Assembly (NCBI GenBank): GCA_050246755.1
Contig: JBFWVL010000002.1
Location: 64,001 to 128,000 of the forward strand
Length of the DNA stretch: 64,000 nt
Source: Bacteriovoracia bacterium
GTDB lineage: Bacteria; Bdellovibrionota; UBA1018; CAIPTA01
Reading direction: 5' to 3'
Under the pieces are notes generated by a model. That model did not search any database. It saw only the letters and a program-made list of their open reading frames with translations, and was not told where the DNA came from. A program made the position numbers and the translations under genes. This document shows positions 1 to 8,976 of the stretch, piece after piece (positions within the stretch are counted from its first letter, which is position 1; every line of letters starts with the position of its first letter).

Positions 1-955
1 GCCCTCCAGGCCCCGTTCCGACATGAACAAGGTGCTAAATGAGCTTCTGGAGAAAGAAGGGCAGCCAATCGAAACGCTCACGGCCGAAGAAGCCCGCAAG
101 CAGCCTACGCCCACGGACGCCGTACAATCAATTTTGCTGCGAGAGAAGATCAAGCCAAAATCCGATCTCGCCAGCGTGGCCGATACGAAAGTGCAGGGCG
201 CGGAAGGCATGATTCCAGTGCGGGTGTATACGCCCAAGGGTAAACAGCCTCTGCCGGTGGTGGTTTACTTTCACGGCGGCGGTTTCGTGATCGCTACCAA
301 CGACGTCTACGACGCCACTCCGCGCGCCTTAGCGGAACAAACGGGCGCCATTTTTATTTCGGTGGAGTACCGCAAAGCCCCCGAGCATAAATTTCCGGCG
401 GCCCACGACGATGCCTTTGCGGCCTATAAATGGGTTCTGCGGAATGCGGCCTCGCTCGGCGGAGATCCCAAGAGAATTGCCGTGGCGGGGGAGAGCGCCG
501 GCGGAAATTTAGCGATCAACGTAGCAATTCGCGCTCGCGATGAAAAAGTGCAAGCCCCGGCCTACCAAGTGCTCGTGTACCCCGTGGCCAGTAATAATAT
601 GAATTCTCCCTCCTACGAGGAGAACGCCGGTGCGCAGCCGCTGAATAAACCGATGATGGAGTGGTTCGTGAAGCAGTACCTGCACAGCCCGGCCGAGGCG
701 GCCGATCCCCGGATCAACCTTTTGGCCGCGAATCTTAAAGAATTACCCTCGGCCACGGTGATCACGGCCGATATCGATCCTCTGCGTTCCGAAGGCAAGG
801 AACTCGCCGATAGGCTGAAAGCAGCCGGCGTGAAAGTGGAGTATAAAAATTATAAAGGCGTGACCCACGAGTTCTTCGGCATGGCGGCCGTGGTGGGAGA
901 GGCCAAGAGCGCGCAGAAATTGGCCGCGAAGAATCTGAAGAAGGCGCTTTGGTAA
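1..955 (+). CDS. Alpha/beta hydrolase, HSL-family esterase/lipase (probably 5'-partial)
   Basis: HGGGF oxyanion motif, GESAGG nucleophile elbow, DPLR and HEF catalytic motifs. The frame is open from the window edge to the ATG at 23. Confidence 0.92.
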   Translation, partial: PSRPRSDMNKVLNELLEKEGQPIETLTAEEARKQPTPTDAVQSILLREKIKPKSDLASVADTKVQGAEGMIPVRVYTPKGKQPLPVVVYFHGGGFVIATNDVYDATPRALAEQTGAIFISVEYRKAPEHKFPAAHDDAFAAYKWVLRNAASLGGDPKRIAVAGESAGGNLAINVAIRARDEKVQAPAYQVLVYPVASNNMNSPSYEENAGAQPLNKPMMEWFVKQYLHSPAEAADPRINLLAANLKELPSATVITADIDPLRSEGKELADRLKAAGVKVEYKNYKGVTHEFFGMAAVVGEAKSAQKLAAKNLKKALW

Positions 956-966
956 GCGAAAAGAAT

Positions 967-2220
967 TTACGCTTCGGGACTCACTGGAGAAAAAACAGTA
1001 TCCGCGGGGATACGGCGGGGGTCCGTGGGCGAGAGCAGAGTACGGCGCACTTGCTCATCCTGAAAGCGCCAGAGCACGCTGTCGATGAAGAAATGGTGGA
1101 TATTGATAAATACGGCGAAGGCGATCGTAAAAAATACGGGAATATTGCCTAGCGAATAACTCAGCCCGGTATCGAGCGTGGAAGGCAGGGCCTCGAAGGC
1201 CACGAAGCCGATGACCAAGAGAATCACTAGCCGAAACGCGAACTTTCTTTCTAGGTTTCGCCTATTCTCCAGGCCCTTCATTTCCATGCGATAAGCGAAG
1301 GGAAGGTATTGCAAGGAATGAAAAAACGGCACGATCATGAAATAGAATTCTTTTTGGTAAAAGAGCGGTATCCACCAGGCGTAGAAGGCCACGAAGGGTA
1401 CGAGGAAGTTTGCGGTGGGCAGTTTTCCAAAGGCGCGAAAGTTACGGTAGACCACCGCGTAGAGAAATCCGGCCACGCCCAGGCCTAATCCGAGAAAAGA
1501 CAAACCTTCCAGAATGGTGGGGAGGCCTAGCTCGCTCAGCGCCAAACCGTAGAGCTGAAAAGAGGAGGCAAAGGGAAAATAGTTCCGCCAGTGAAAGCTG
1601 AGATGGCAAAAACTGAAAAAGGCCACGCTAAATACGGCTAATTTAATGAAGCGCCGTTGCGTGCCGCTGAGCGGATAGGCGTCGTAGTTGGCGTAGACCA
1701 TCATGCAGCCGAAGATTTGTTTGGCGTAATGCCAGCCCACCGTGAGGTACATCAGCCAGATCGAAGCGCCCACCAGCTCGGATCCGAGGTTCTGCACGTT
1801 GCCGAAGCGGAACCCGATTCCGATATGCTCGAACACGAAATTAAAGGGAACGATCCAGGTGGCGTTGATGACCGGATTTTCCATCGCAAAATAAGCCACC
1901 GCGTAGAGAAGGATCAGTGCGGCGGGCACGGCGATGAGGGTGAACCAATGCTTGGCGCAGAACCGCCAGCCGCGCCCGTAGGCCATGCGGTAGGACGCCA
2001 TAAAGTGGGGATGATTGCAGACGATGGAGAGCAGGGCGAAGGTGCCGGCTATTTGCTCGAAGCGCTGGCCTACGTAAGAATAGTCGGTGCGGATGAATTG
2101 GCCTAGTAAGAGGGCGGCCCAAACCACGAGGCTCGCACCTCCCATGAGCCAGAAGTCCCAGAAGCGAGGAGAAAGCGCGTCCCCGTTGGAATGCTGAGAA
2201 CGAGAGTAAGTGGGCAGCAT
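967..2220 (-). CDS. Polytopic membrane protein with several His motifs, function unknown
   Basis: About 9-10 hydrophobic segments with NHPHF, WHYAKQ, FHSLQY and IHHFFID motifs. Start trimmed to MLPTY (2220); the upstream extension looks non-coding. Confidence 0.75.
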   Translation of the reverse strand: MLPTYSRSQHSNGDALSPRFWDFWLMGGASLVVWAALLLGQFIRTDYSYVGQRFEQIAGTFALLSIVCNHPHFMASYRMAYGRGWRFCAKHWFTLIAVPAALILLYAVAYFAMENPVINATWIVPFNFVFEHIGIGFRFGNVQNLGSELVGASIWLMYLTVGWHYAKQIFGCMMVYANYDAYPLSGTQRRFIKLAVFSVAFFSFCHLSFHWRNYFPFASSFQLYGLALSELGLPTILEGLSFLGLGLGVAGFLYAVVYRNFRAFGKLPTANFLVPFVAFYAWWIPLFYQKEFYFMIVPFFHSLQYLPFAYRMEMKGLENRRNLERKFAFRLVILLVIGFVAFEALPSTLDTGLSYSLGNIPVFFTIAFAVFINIHHFFIDSVLWRFQDEQVRRTLLSPTDPRRIPADTVFSPVSPEA

Positions 2221-2346
2221 AGTTTCGTTTTCGTGAAGGGGAAAAGGCGGGTGGAAGTCCTTCCTTAATTCTAGAGTACGGTGGTGGTGGATGTCACGGC
2301 CGCAGTGGAAGGACAGCGTGTATCTGGCAAAGGGGGCCAATCAGGC

Positions 2347-2691
2347 TCAGTGCTTTTTTAACCGTTCTAGCATTTCTTTGGAAAACTCTTCTTGGTAGAT
2401 TCCGTAAGATTCCATGAATACGCCCTTCAGGTGATGCGAGGGGGAGGAAATCGCATAAACGATAGCTTGGTCGTCGGGGTCCGACGCGTTTTCGAAGCGA
2501 AATACCTCATCCACCACGAAATCTTGAGGGAAAAGCTTCTCGGCTCCCGAATTCACCTCAAAATGGTCGAAGCGGGGAACGATGTTTTTGTCATAGCCAC
2601 GCTTCTCATAGTAGGCCAAAGCCTCGCTCACGCTTTCCATGAATCCGGTGCCGGCTCGTTGGGTATCGTCGTTAGGGTTTTGTGTATTCAT
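2347..2691 (-). CDS. Conserved small hypothetical protein (RFExxSDPDDxAIVYAI family, often mislabelled PRPP synthetase)
   Basis: Recognisable DEVFRFENASDPDDQAIVYAISS motif; AAGGA upstream of the ATG. Confidence 0.8.
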   Translation of the reverse strand: MNTQNPNDDTQRAGTGFMESVSEALAYYEKRGYDKNIVPRFDHFEVNSGAEKLFPQDFVVDEVFRFENASDPDDQAIVYAISSPSHHLKGVFMESYGIYQEEFSKEMLERLKKH

Positions 2692-2702
2692 GTTCCTTTA
2701 GA

Positions 2703-2718
2703 TGCAGGGAGAATACCA
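2703..2718 (-). promoter_or_regulatory. Putative sigma54 (-24/-12) promoter
   Basis: Minus strand TGGTATTCTCCCTGCA = GG-N10-GC immediately upstream of the 2691 start. Confidence 0.55.
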
Positions 2719-2803
2719 AATCTGGCAAGTGGGTCGTATTGTCAGGGTTTGCTGTGCGTCATGAGTGGGACTTTGCACATGTGGTAGCCTGCCAGTTACG
2801 CGT

Positions 2804-3799
2804 ATGCTGGCCAAACTACCGAAAGGTCTCTACTGCCCAGAGGGCAATTTCTTTATCGATCCTATGAGAGCGGTGGACAATGCCGTGGTCACGCACGCGC
2901 ATAGCGATCACGCGCGGCGGGGAAGCAAGCAGTATTTTTGCGCGCGCACCGGCGTGGAATTGCTGAAGGCGCGCCTGGGAAATTCCATCCGCATTAGCGG
3001 CGTGGATTTCGGAAAGCCCTTCGAGCTGGGGCGTGTGAAAGTTTCTTTTCATCCGGCGGGCCATATCTTGGGCTCCGCGCAGGTGCGGATGGAATGCGAT
3101 GGAAAAGTTTGGGTGGCATCGGGCGATTATAAACGGGATCCCGATCCTACCTGCGAGCCCTTCGAGGTGGTGCCTTGCGAGGTGTTCGTGACCGAAGCCA
3201 CCTTCGGCACTCCCGCCTACCGCTGGAAAAAAGACGCCAACGTGGGGCGGGAAATTTTCGAGTGGTGGCAGGAAAATAAAAAAGAGGGCGTGAATAGCGT
3301 AGTATTCGCGTATTCGCTGGGGAAGGGGCAACGAATTCTCGGAATGTTGAGGGCCTTCACCGAAGAAACGATCTTTTGCGATCCCAACATGAAGGCCATG
3401 AATGATTGCTACCGCGCGCAAGGGATTGCCCTCGCCAATACGGCTTGCTTGTCGGAAGTGGAAGCTCCGTTGCGGGGGGCTTTAGTATTGGCGCCCCAGT
3501 CTTTTTTGAAATCGGAGAGAGCCGCTCTACTGGGCAATAATTTTAAGACGGCCTTTGCCTCCGGCTGGATGGCCGAAGGTAGCGAGGGCTACGATAGGGG
3601 ATTTCTGCTCTCCGATCACGCGGACTGGGACGATCTCCTACTCACCGTGAAAGAATCCAGGGCCAAGCGAGTATACGTGCAGCACCGGGGTAAGGGCGCG
3701 CTCGTTCGTCACCTTAGGTCTATCGGCCTAGAGGCTTTTCCTGATACTGATTTAACGATGCCCATGCCCCTTAGCGAACAGCTGGCCCTGCCATGGTAA
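2804..3799 (+). CDS. Ligase-associated DNA-damage-response exonuclease-like protein (MBL/beta-CASP)
   Basis: GLYCPEGNFFIDP, THAHSDH, PAGHILGSAQ, SGDYK, TEATFG, YSLGKGQR and LSDHADW motifs. Confidence 0.9.
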   Translation: MLAKLPKGLYCPEGNFFIDPMRAVDNAVVTHAHSDHARRGSKQYFCARTGVELLKARLGNSIRISGVDFGKPFELGRVKVSFHPAGHILGSAQVRMECDGKVWVASGDYKRDPDPTCEPFEVVPCEVFVTEATFGTPAYRWKKDANVGREIFEWWQENKKEGVNSVVFAYSLGKGQRILGMLRAFTEETIFCDPNMKAMNDCYRAQGIALANTACLSEVEAPLRGALVLAPQSFLKSERAALLGNNFKTAFASGWMAEGSEGYDRGFLLSDHADWDDLLLTVKESRAKRVYVQHRGKGALVRHLRSIGLEAFPDTDLTMPMPLSEQLALPW

Positions 3800-6177
3800 A
3801 GAAAGTAAAAATCAGTATCGGTGATTTTGCTTTGCCCGTTCCGCGCCGGGGCAGCATCGAGGCGCATTCCGGTTTTGGCCGCGCCTCCGCGCTCGGGCAA
3901 GAAATCCACCAGCGGGTGCAGGCCAATCGCGCCAAAGATCACGCCAGCTACCAGGCGGAAGTACCCATAAGCTGCGAGTTTGAGCGGGGTGGATTTATTT
4001 TTGAAGTTAGCGGCCGGGTGGATGGTTTTTTCGGGGAGAAAGATCCGCGCATCGAGGAGATCAAATCCAGCTTTAGCCTGAAGGAGCTTTCCAAGCGCCT
4101 GCGCGAAACTCCGGATCACCCCTATTGTTTGCAGCTAAAAACCTACGGCTATTTTCATTTTCTAAAGACCAAGCAGGTGCCCCAGCTTTCGTTTCACCTC
4201 GTTTCCACCCGGAACTGGGAAACCGAAGATATGGCATTGCGCCTGGATATAGAGGAATACGAAAAATGGCTCGATCTGAGGCTCGATGAGCTGGTGGAAG
4301 AAGCGATCTTGGCCGAGAAGCGTGCCAAGCGGCGCCGCAAGGCGGGCGAAGCGCTGGTATTTCCCTTTACCCAGCCTCGCGCTGGCCAGATCGATCTCAT
4401 CCGCACGGTGGAAGAAGGCATGCGGGAAGACAAACGCATGCTGATCCAGGCGCCGACGGGTCTGGGCAAAACCGTGGGCGTGCTCTTCCCCGTGCTCCAG
4501 GAAGCTCTAGGCCGCGGGCAGAGAATTATTTACGTTACGCCTAAAAACAGCCAGCACTCAGTGGCCGAAGAGGCCGTGGCCAAGCTCCAGGAGCAGGGCG
4601 CGAAGATCAAGGCGATGACCCTCACCGCGAAGAGCAAGATCTGCTTCAAGAATGAGCCGCTCTGCAATCCCGAATACTGCGAATACGCCAAAGGCCACTA
4701 TACCAAAGTGGCCGAGCATAAAGTTTTGGAGGAGTTGGGGAAAAAACGAAAGCTTAGTTCGAAAACCTTTCGCGAGCTCGGGGAAAAGTACGAAGTTTGC
4801 CCCTTCGAGCTGCAGCTGGATTCGGCCAAAGAAATGGACGCGGTGATCTGCGACTACAACTACGTGTTCGCGCCTCGTTCCGCTTTTGGCCGCCTGGCCG
4901 CGAGCGGTTTCGATCAGGAAGGCAAGCCCAACCTCGTGATCGACGAAGCCCACAATCTTCCTGCCCGAGCCATGGGCTACCATTCCCCCGAGCTTTCCGT
5001 CCAGGCGCTGCGCCGGATCGCCGATGATTTAGATGCCATCCCCAAAAAATTCCAGATCGAAGTGAGGGAGCTCATCGATCTTTCCGTGGCGGCCATCCGC
5101 CAGTGCGAGCCCGATGATTGCAAATCCACCGTGAAGATCGATCCTCCGGCCGAAGTTTTTCTCGAGCAAGATGCCTTACTGCGCGCTTTCCTTTCCCGTT
5201 ACCTCGAATCCGACGTAGACATCCAGCCCCGGGATCCCGTGCTCCGGCTTTGCTTTTACTGGTCCGAGTTCACCGCCGCCCTCGAATTCGTGGAGGAGGG
5301 GAAGCGCGAAGAATTTTTCACCACCTATAATCCGCAGGGCGCAGTGAAGATCACTTGCTGCGACGCCTCCGAGATGCTCAAAGACGCCTACAATGAGTAC
5401 GAACAGGTGGTGGGATTTTCGGCCACGCTCAAGCCCTTCGATTTTTATAGCCAGCTTTCGGGGCTGGAAGGAACTGATCTCAAAACGGCGGAGTTTCAGT
5501 CTCCCTTTCCTAAATCCCAGCGAAAACTCCTGATCATCCCGCAGATTTCTTCCAAATATTCCGAGCGCACGCGCAACTATCCCCGGATCGCCGAAACGAT
5601 CTCCAAAATTTCCTCGCTGAAACCGGGAAACTACCTGGCCTTTTTTCCGAGCTTTGATTTTTTGGATAAGGTGCTCGCGCAATTCCAAATTCCGGAAGGT
5701 TTTTCGATTCGGCGCCAAGAGCGCTACATGAAGCAAACCGATACCGAAGCTTTGCTCGATGATTTGCGCTCGGAAACCAAGCCCACCATCGTTTTCGCGG
5801 TTCAGGGGGGAGTTTTTTCCGAGGGCGTGGACTATCCCGGCAAGATGGTGATCGGGGCCTTCGTGGTGGGGCCTCCGCTTCCCAATTTCGATCTCGAACG
5901 GGAAGAGATGCGGGCTTACTACGAGAAGAATTATAAGGCCGGCTTCGACTACGCCTATACCTATCCGGCGATGGCGAAGGCCGTACAGTCGGCGGGGCGG
6001 GTAATTCGCTCCGAAACGGATAAGGGCATCGTGGTGCTTATGGACAATCGGTTTCTTCAGCCCAGTTATACCAAGTCTATGCCCAGGGACTGGTTCGATA
6101 CCGACGCCAAAGAGCTGGTTTCGACGGGGATTCTCAAGGAAGTTTCGGATTTTTGGCTGGAGCCTAGTCCGGGCTAG
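3793..6177 (+). CDS. XPD/Rad3/DinG-family Fe-S DNA helicase with N-terminal PD-(D/E)XK (Cas4/RecB-like) nuclease domain
   Basis: Nuclease motifs GQEIH, SGRVDG, IEEIKS, QLKTY. Walker A APTGLGKT, four Fe-S Cys, DEAH, SATL, FSEGVD, QSAGRVIR. Confidence 0.92.
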   Translation: MVKKVKISIGDFALPVPRRGSIEAHSGFGRASALGQEIHQRVQANRAKDHASYQAEVPISCEFERGGFIFEVSGRVDGFFGEKDPRIEEIKSSFSLKELSKRLRETPDHPYCLQLKTYGYFHFLKTKQVPQLSFHLVSTRNWETEDMALRLDIEEYEKWLDLRLDELVEEAILAEKRAKRRRKAGEALVFPFTQPRAGQIDLIRTVEEGMREDKRMLIQAPTGLGKTVGVLFPVLQEALGRGQRIIYVTPKNSQHSVAEEAVAKLQEQGAKIKAMTLTAKSKICFKNEPLCNPEYCEYAKGHYTKVAEHKVLEELGKKRKLSSKTFRELGEKYEVCPFELQLDSAKEMDAVICDYNYVFAPRSAFGRLAASGFDQEGKPNLVIDEAHNLPARAMGYHSPELSVQALRRIADDLDAIPKKFQIEVRELIDLSVAAIRQCEPDDCKSTVKIDPPAEVFLEQDALLRAFLSRYLESDVDIQPRDPVLRLCFYWSEFTAALEFVEEGKREEFFTTYNPQGAVKITCCDASEMLKDAYNEYEQVVGFSATLKPFDFYSQLSGLEGTDLKTAEFQSPFPKSQRKLLIIPQISSKYSERTRNYPRIAETISKISSLKPGNYLAFFPSFDFLDKVLAQFQIPEGFSIRRQERYMKQTDTEALLDDLRSETKPTIVFAVQGGVFSEGVDYPGKMVIGAFVVGPPLPNFDLEREEMRAYYEKNYKAGFDYAYTYPAMAKAVQSAGRVIRSETDKGIVVLMDNRFLQPSYTKSMPRDWFDTDAKELVSTGILKEVSDFWLEPSPG

Positions 6178-6209
6178 GCAATTCTCCCTCCCTTTGCTAG
6201 AAATCCCCG

Positions 6210-7175
6210 GTGAGAAAAAAGAAAAATAAACCGAAGCGGATCCGGTTCGCCAAGCTCGATACCGAAGGGATTCCCCTCCGCGAAGTGATCGCCGTGCACC
6301 GTCAATTTGCTCCTGGGGATTCATTGCCGGACAATTTGGGGGACGGTTTTTTGGTGCAGACCAATCCCGTTTACCGTTCCATCCGCAGAGAATTCCTGAA
6401 GAGGGGATTTAGCTATAGCCCGGAAGATCCCCACAATTATTTCGCTTTTCCTCTCATGAGCCTCGATGTCGCGATCGCGCATAAAACGGTTCCTTACCGG
6501 AAAAATTTTGCCTGGCTCGAGGTGCTGGAAAAGAGGGCCCCCCGGAAATTCACGCTCACCGAGTTAAAGAAGAGCGAGCTGCAGTTCAATTATCTTTTTC
6601 ACGAGTCGGCTCATTTCATCGCCCACGACGTTTTGTTCGGGAATACGGCGCCGGATTCAGTGCCCAAGAACGCCGATTCCCTGATGCGGATTTTCATTGG
6701 GGAGGCGATGGCCAATTCCGTGGAATGCCTCGCCTCCGTTTTTGCCGAAGGGGAAATCGGGGGCTATTTTCTCGATGCCAACTGCCATTTCCGCTCCACC
6801 GAGAGGGAAGCCATGGCGCTGGCGAAGGCGGCGCAGAAAGTTGGATTCCGCCGCCTCACTAAAGCCGTGATGGCGTCTTTTCTTTATGCGAACTATCTAT
6901 ATGAGCGGCTAAATGAGAGAGAAAAAAAGCTAGTGGCGGCCATCGCGGGAGTGGAGAATTTCGCCGTGGTCGCCCCCGCGATTCGGGTGGGATTCGAGTT
7001 ATCGGAAATTTTTCGCACCAATACCACCCACCTGCATTTGCTCAAGCTCGGATTCCCCGCAGACCTGCAGAAATTGATTCCCTCCGATCCTCTGAAAAAA
7101 CTAATGGACGATAAAAAGCTGCTCGCGCAGTTTAACGAGTTGGCCGAAATTATCGTGGAAGAATTAAAGCGCTAA
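6210..7175 (+). CDS. Hypothetical protein with HEXXH zinc-metalloprotease motif
   Basis: LFHESAHFIAH followed about 25 aa later by GEAMAN; GTG start. Confidence 0.7.
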   Translation: MRKKKNKPKRIRFAKLDTEGIPLREVIAVHRQFAPGDSLPDNLGDGFLVQTNPVYRSIRREFLKRGFSYSPEDPHNYFAFPLMSLDVAIAHKTVPYRKNFAWLEVLEKRAPRKFTLTELKKSELQFNYLFHESAHFIAHDVLFGNTAPDSVPKNADSLMRIFIGEAMANSVECLASVFAEGEIGGYFLDANCHFRSTEREAMALAKAAQKVGFRRLTKAVMASFLYANYLYERLNEREKKLVAAIAGVENFAVVAPAIRVGFELSEIFRTNTTHLHLLKLGFPADLQKLIPSDPLKKLMDDKKLLAQFNELAEIIVEELKR

Positions 7176-7180
7176 CCGCA

Positions 7181-7612
7181 CTATTCTACGATCAGGTAGC
7201 TTTGGATGAGGTCTTGGCCGCCGCGCCGAATATTGATTCGGACCACCGAACCTACCTTCGCCTTCGCCAGCTTCTGGCCCACCGCCATGATATCGCCCAG
7301 GCCCCCCAGCTGCTGCCCGTTTACGGTTTCGATCACGTCGCCTTCTTTGATCCCGAACGAGGGAAGCAGGCAGTTTTTGCCAAAGCGAGAAACTTCGATG
7401 CCCGATATATAGCCCATGCCGAAGGAAGGCAGGGCCCGGAAGGTGGAGAGCTGGGCCTGAGGATCCTTCACGTCTTTTTCCATACGGCTCTTGCTCACTT
7501 CGAATTTCGCCCTGGAAACTTTCGCCACTAGGGGTACGAGGTTTTCCGCGCTCTTTTTCGCGAGGGAGGCGAGGGGGCTGAGGGCTAACAGCAGGAGTAG
7601 AAGGGCTTTCAT
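7181..7612 (-). CDS. Exported PDZ-domain protein (GspC C-terminus-like)
   Basis: Signal peptide MKALLLLLLALSPLASLA; PDZ motif GIKEGDVIETVNG...IRRGG. Confidence 0.8.
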   Translation of the reverse strand: MKALLLLLLALSPLASLAKKSAENLVPLVAKVSRAKFEVSKSRMEKDVKDPQAQLSTFRALPSFGMGYISGIEVSRFGKNCLLPSFGIKEGDVIETVNGQQLGGLGDIMAVGQKLAKAKVGSVVRINIRRGGQDLIQSYLIVE

Positions 7613-7734
7613 AAAGAAAATTCTACCAGGCTGGAAGATGCTTCCCAATTGGATAGCTGATAGGGACTCTCTTTTCTGCCACCTTTGCGCACAGCTTGTT
7701 TTTCGCGGCCTGTTTACGGTAGTTTCACTCGATA

Positions 7735-8409
7735 ATGACCGAGCCAAACAGAATAGTTCATCACGGCGATGCCCTCATCTGGCTGAAAGAAAACGGCATC
7801 CAGGAAAATGCCTCCTTCATCACTTCGATGCCGGATTTCACGGAGTTTCCTTCTTTGAGCTTGGCCGAATGGAGTGCCTGGTTCACGGGCGCCGCGCAGG
7901 CCGTACTGGAATCCTGCCCGGAAAATGGCGTGTCGATTTTTTACCAGCGCGATAGCAAAAAGGACGGCGCATGGGTAAACAAAGCCTACCTCATCCAGAA
8001 AGCGGCCGAAGCCGCGGGCCACGCGCAGCTCTGGCATAAAATAATTTGTCGTGTGCCGCCCGGAAATATCACGTTCGGGAAGCCCGCCTATTCTCATTTG
8101 CTCTGCTTTTCCAAAGGGGTACGGCCGGATTTGACGAAATCCACGGCCGATGTGGTTTTGATGGCCGGGAAAACCACCTGGGCCCGCGGCATGGGCACCA
8201 AAGCCTGTGAAATCGCCTGCCGCTTTATTTTAGAGAATACGGACACCCGCACCGTGGTGGATCCGTTCTGTGGCCAGGGGGCCGTACTCGCCATCGCTAA
8301 TAAGCTCGGGCTCGCCGCGGTGGGCGTAGAGCTCAGCCGCAAGCGGGCCGAGAAGGCTCAAGCCCTCGAAATGTCGCTCGAGGGAGCCTGGTCTTTGCCG
8401 CGGGCTTAG
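7735..8409 (+). CDS. SAM-dependent methyltransferase, N4/N6 DNA-MTase-like fold
   Basis: HGDAL, FITSMPDF (variant of TSPPY), VVDPFCGQG, GVELS. Confidence 0.75.
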   Translation: MTEPNRIVHHGDALIWLKENGIQENASFITSMPDFTEFPSLSLAEWSAWFTGAAQAVLESCPENGVSIFYQRDSKKDGAWVNKAYLIQKAAEAAGHAQLWHKIICRVPPGNITFGKPAYSHLLCFSKGVRPDLTKSTADVVLMAGKTTWARGMGTKACEIACRFILENTDTRTVVDPFCGQGAVLAIANKLGLAAVGVELSRKRAEKAQALEMSLEGAWSLPRA

Positions 8410-8425
8410 CGTAGTCTCGCCACGC

Positions 8426-8974
8426 ATGAGCAACGGCACCGCCCTCTATCGCTTCCAGATCAATCTTTCCGACGTGGATCGCAACCTTTACGAGAAACTC
8501 GATTTTCGTTTGGCCAAGCATCCATCTGAATCTTCGGATTTTCTGCTCACCCGCATGTTCGCCTATGTTTTAAATTTTCAGGAAGGCTTGGTGTTCTCGC
8601 CGGCCGGCCTCGCGGAGCCCGACGATCCCTGCCTGAGCATGCCGGATCCCCGGGGCGGGCTCGAGCTCTGGATAGAGGTAGGCAGCCCGAGCGCGCGGCG
8701 TCTGCACAAGGCGGCCAAGGCCTCCACGAAGGTGAAGGTGTATACCTATAAAAATCCTCAGGCCCTGGTGAAGGAGATCGTTACGGAGAAAGTATATAAT
8801 CTGGAACGCATCGAAGTGTATTCCCTGACCTTCGAATTTCTCGCGCGTCTCGAAGCCGCGATGGAGCGGGATAATTCCTGGGACGTGCTGCATAACGAGG
8901 GCTCGCTTACGGTGAATATCGGCGATCTTTCGGAAGCCGGTGAATTATCCCGGCACGAGATCCCGAAGGCGTAG
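8426..8974 (+). CDS. yaeQ: YaeQ family protein
   Basis: LSDVDRNLY, LAKHPSES, LWIEVGSP and RLHKA motifs. Confidence 0.93.
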   Translation: MSNGTALYRFQINLSDVDRNLYEKLDFRLAKHPSESSDFLLTRMFAYVLNFQEGLVFSPAGLAEPDDPCLSMPDPRGGLELWIEVGSPSARRLHKAAKASTKVKVYTYKNPQALVKEIVTEKVYNLERIEVYSLTFEFLARLEAAMERDNSWDVLHNEGSLTVNIGDLSEAGELSRHEIPKA

Positions 8975-8976
8975 TT

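Noticed and set aside
3793-4350. Cas4-like domain plus DinG as a type IV CRISPR-Cas locus
   Set aside because: There is no array and no cas5/6/7/8 genes; the fusion is a known stand-alone helicase architecture.
5176-6324. 382-aa minus-strand ORF
   Set aside because: It is an antisense shadow of the helicase gene with no recognisable motifs.
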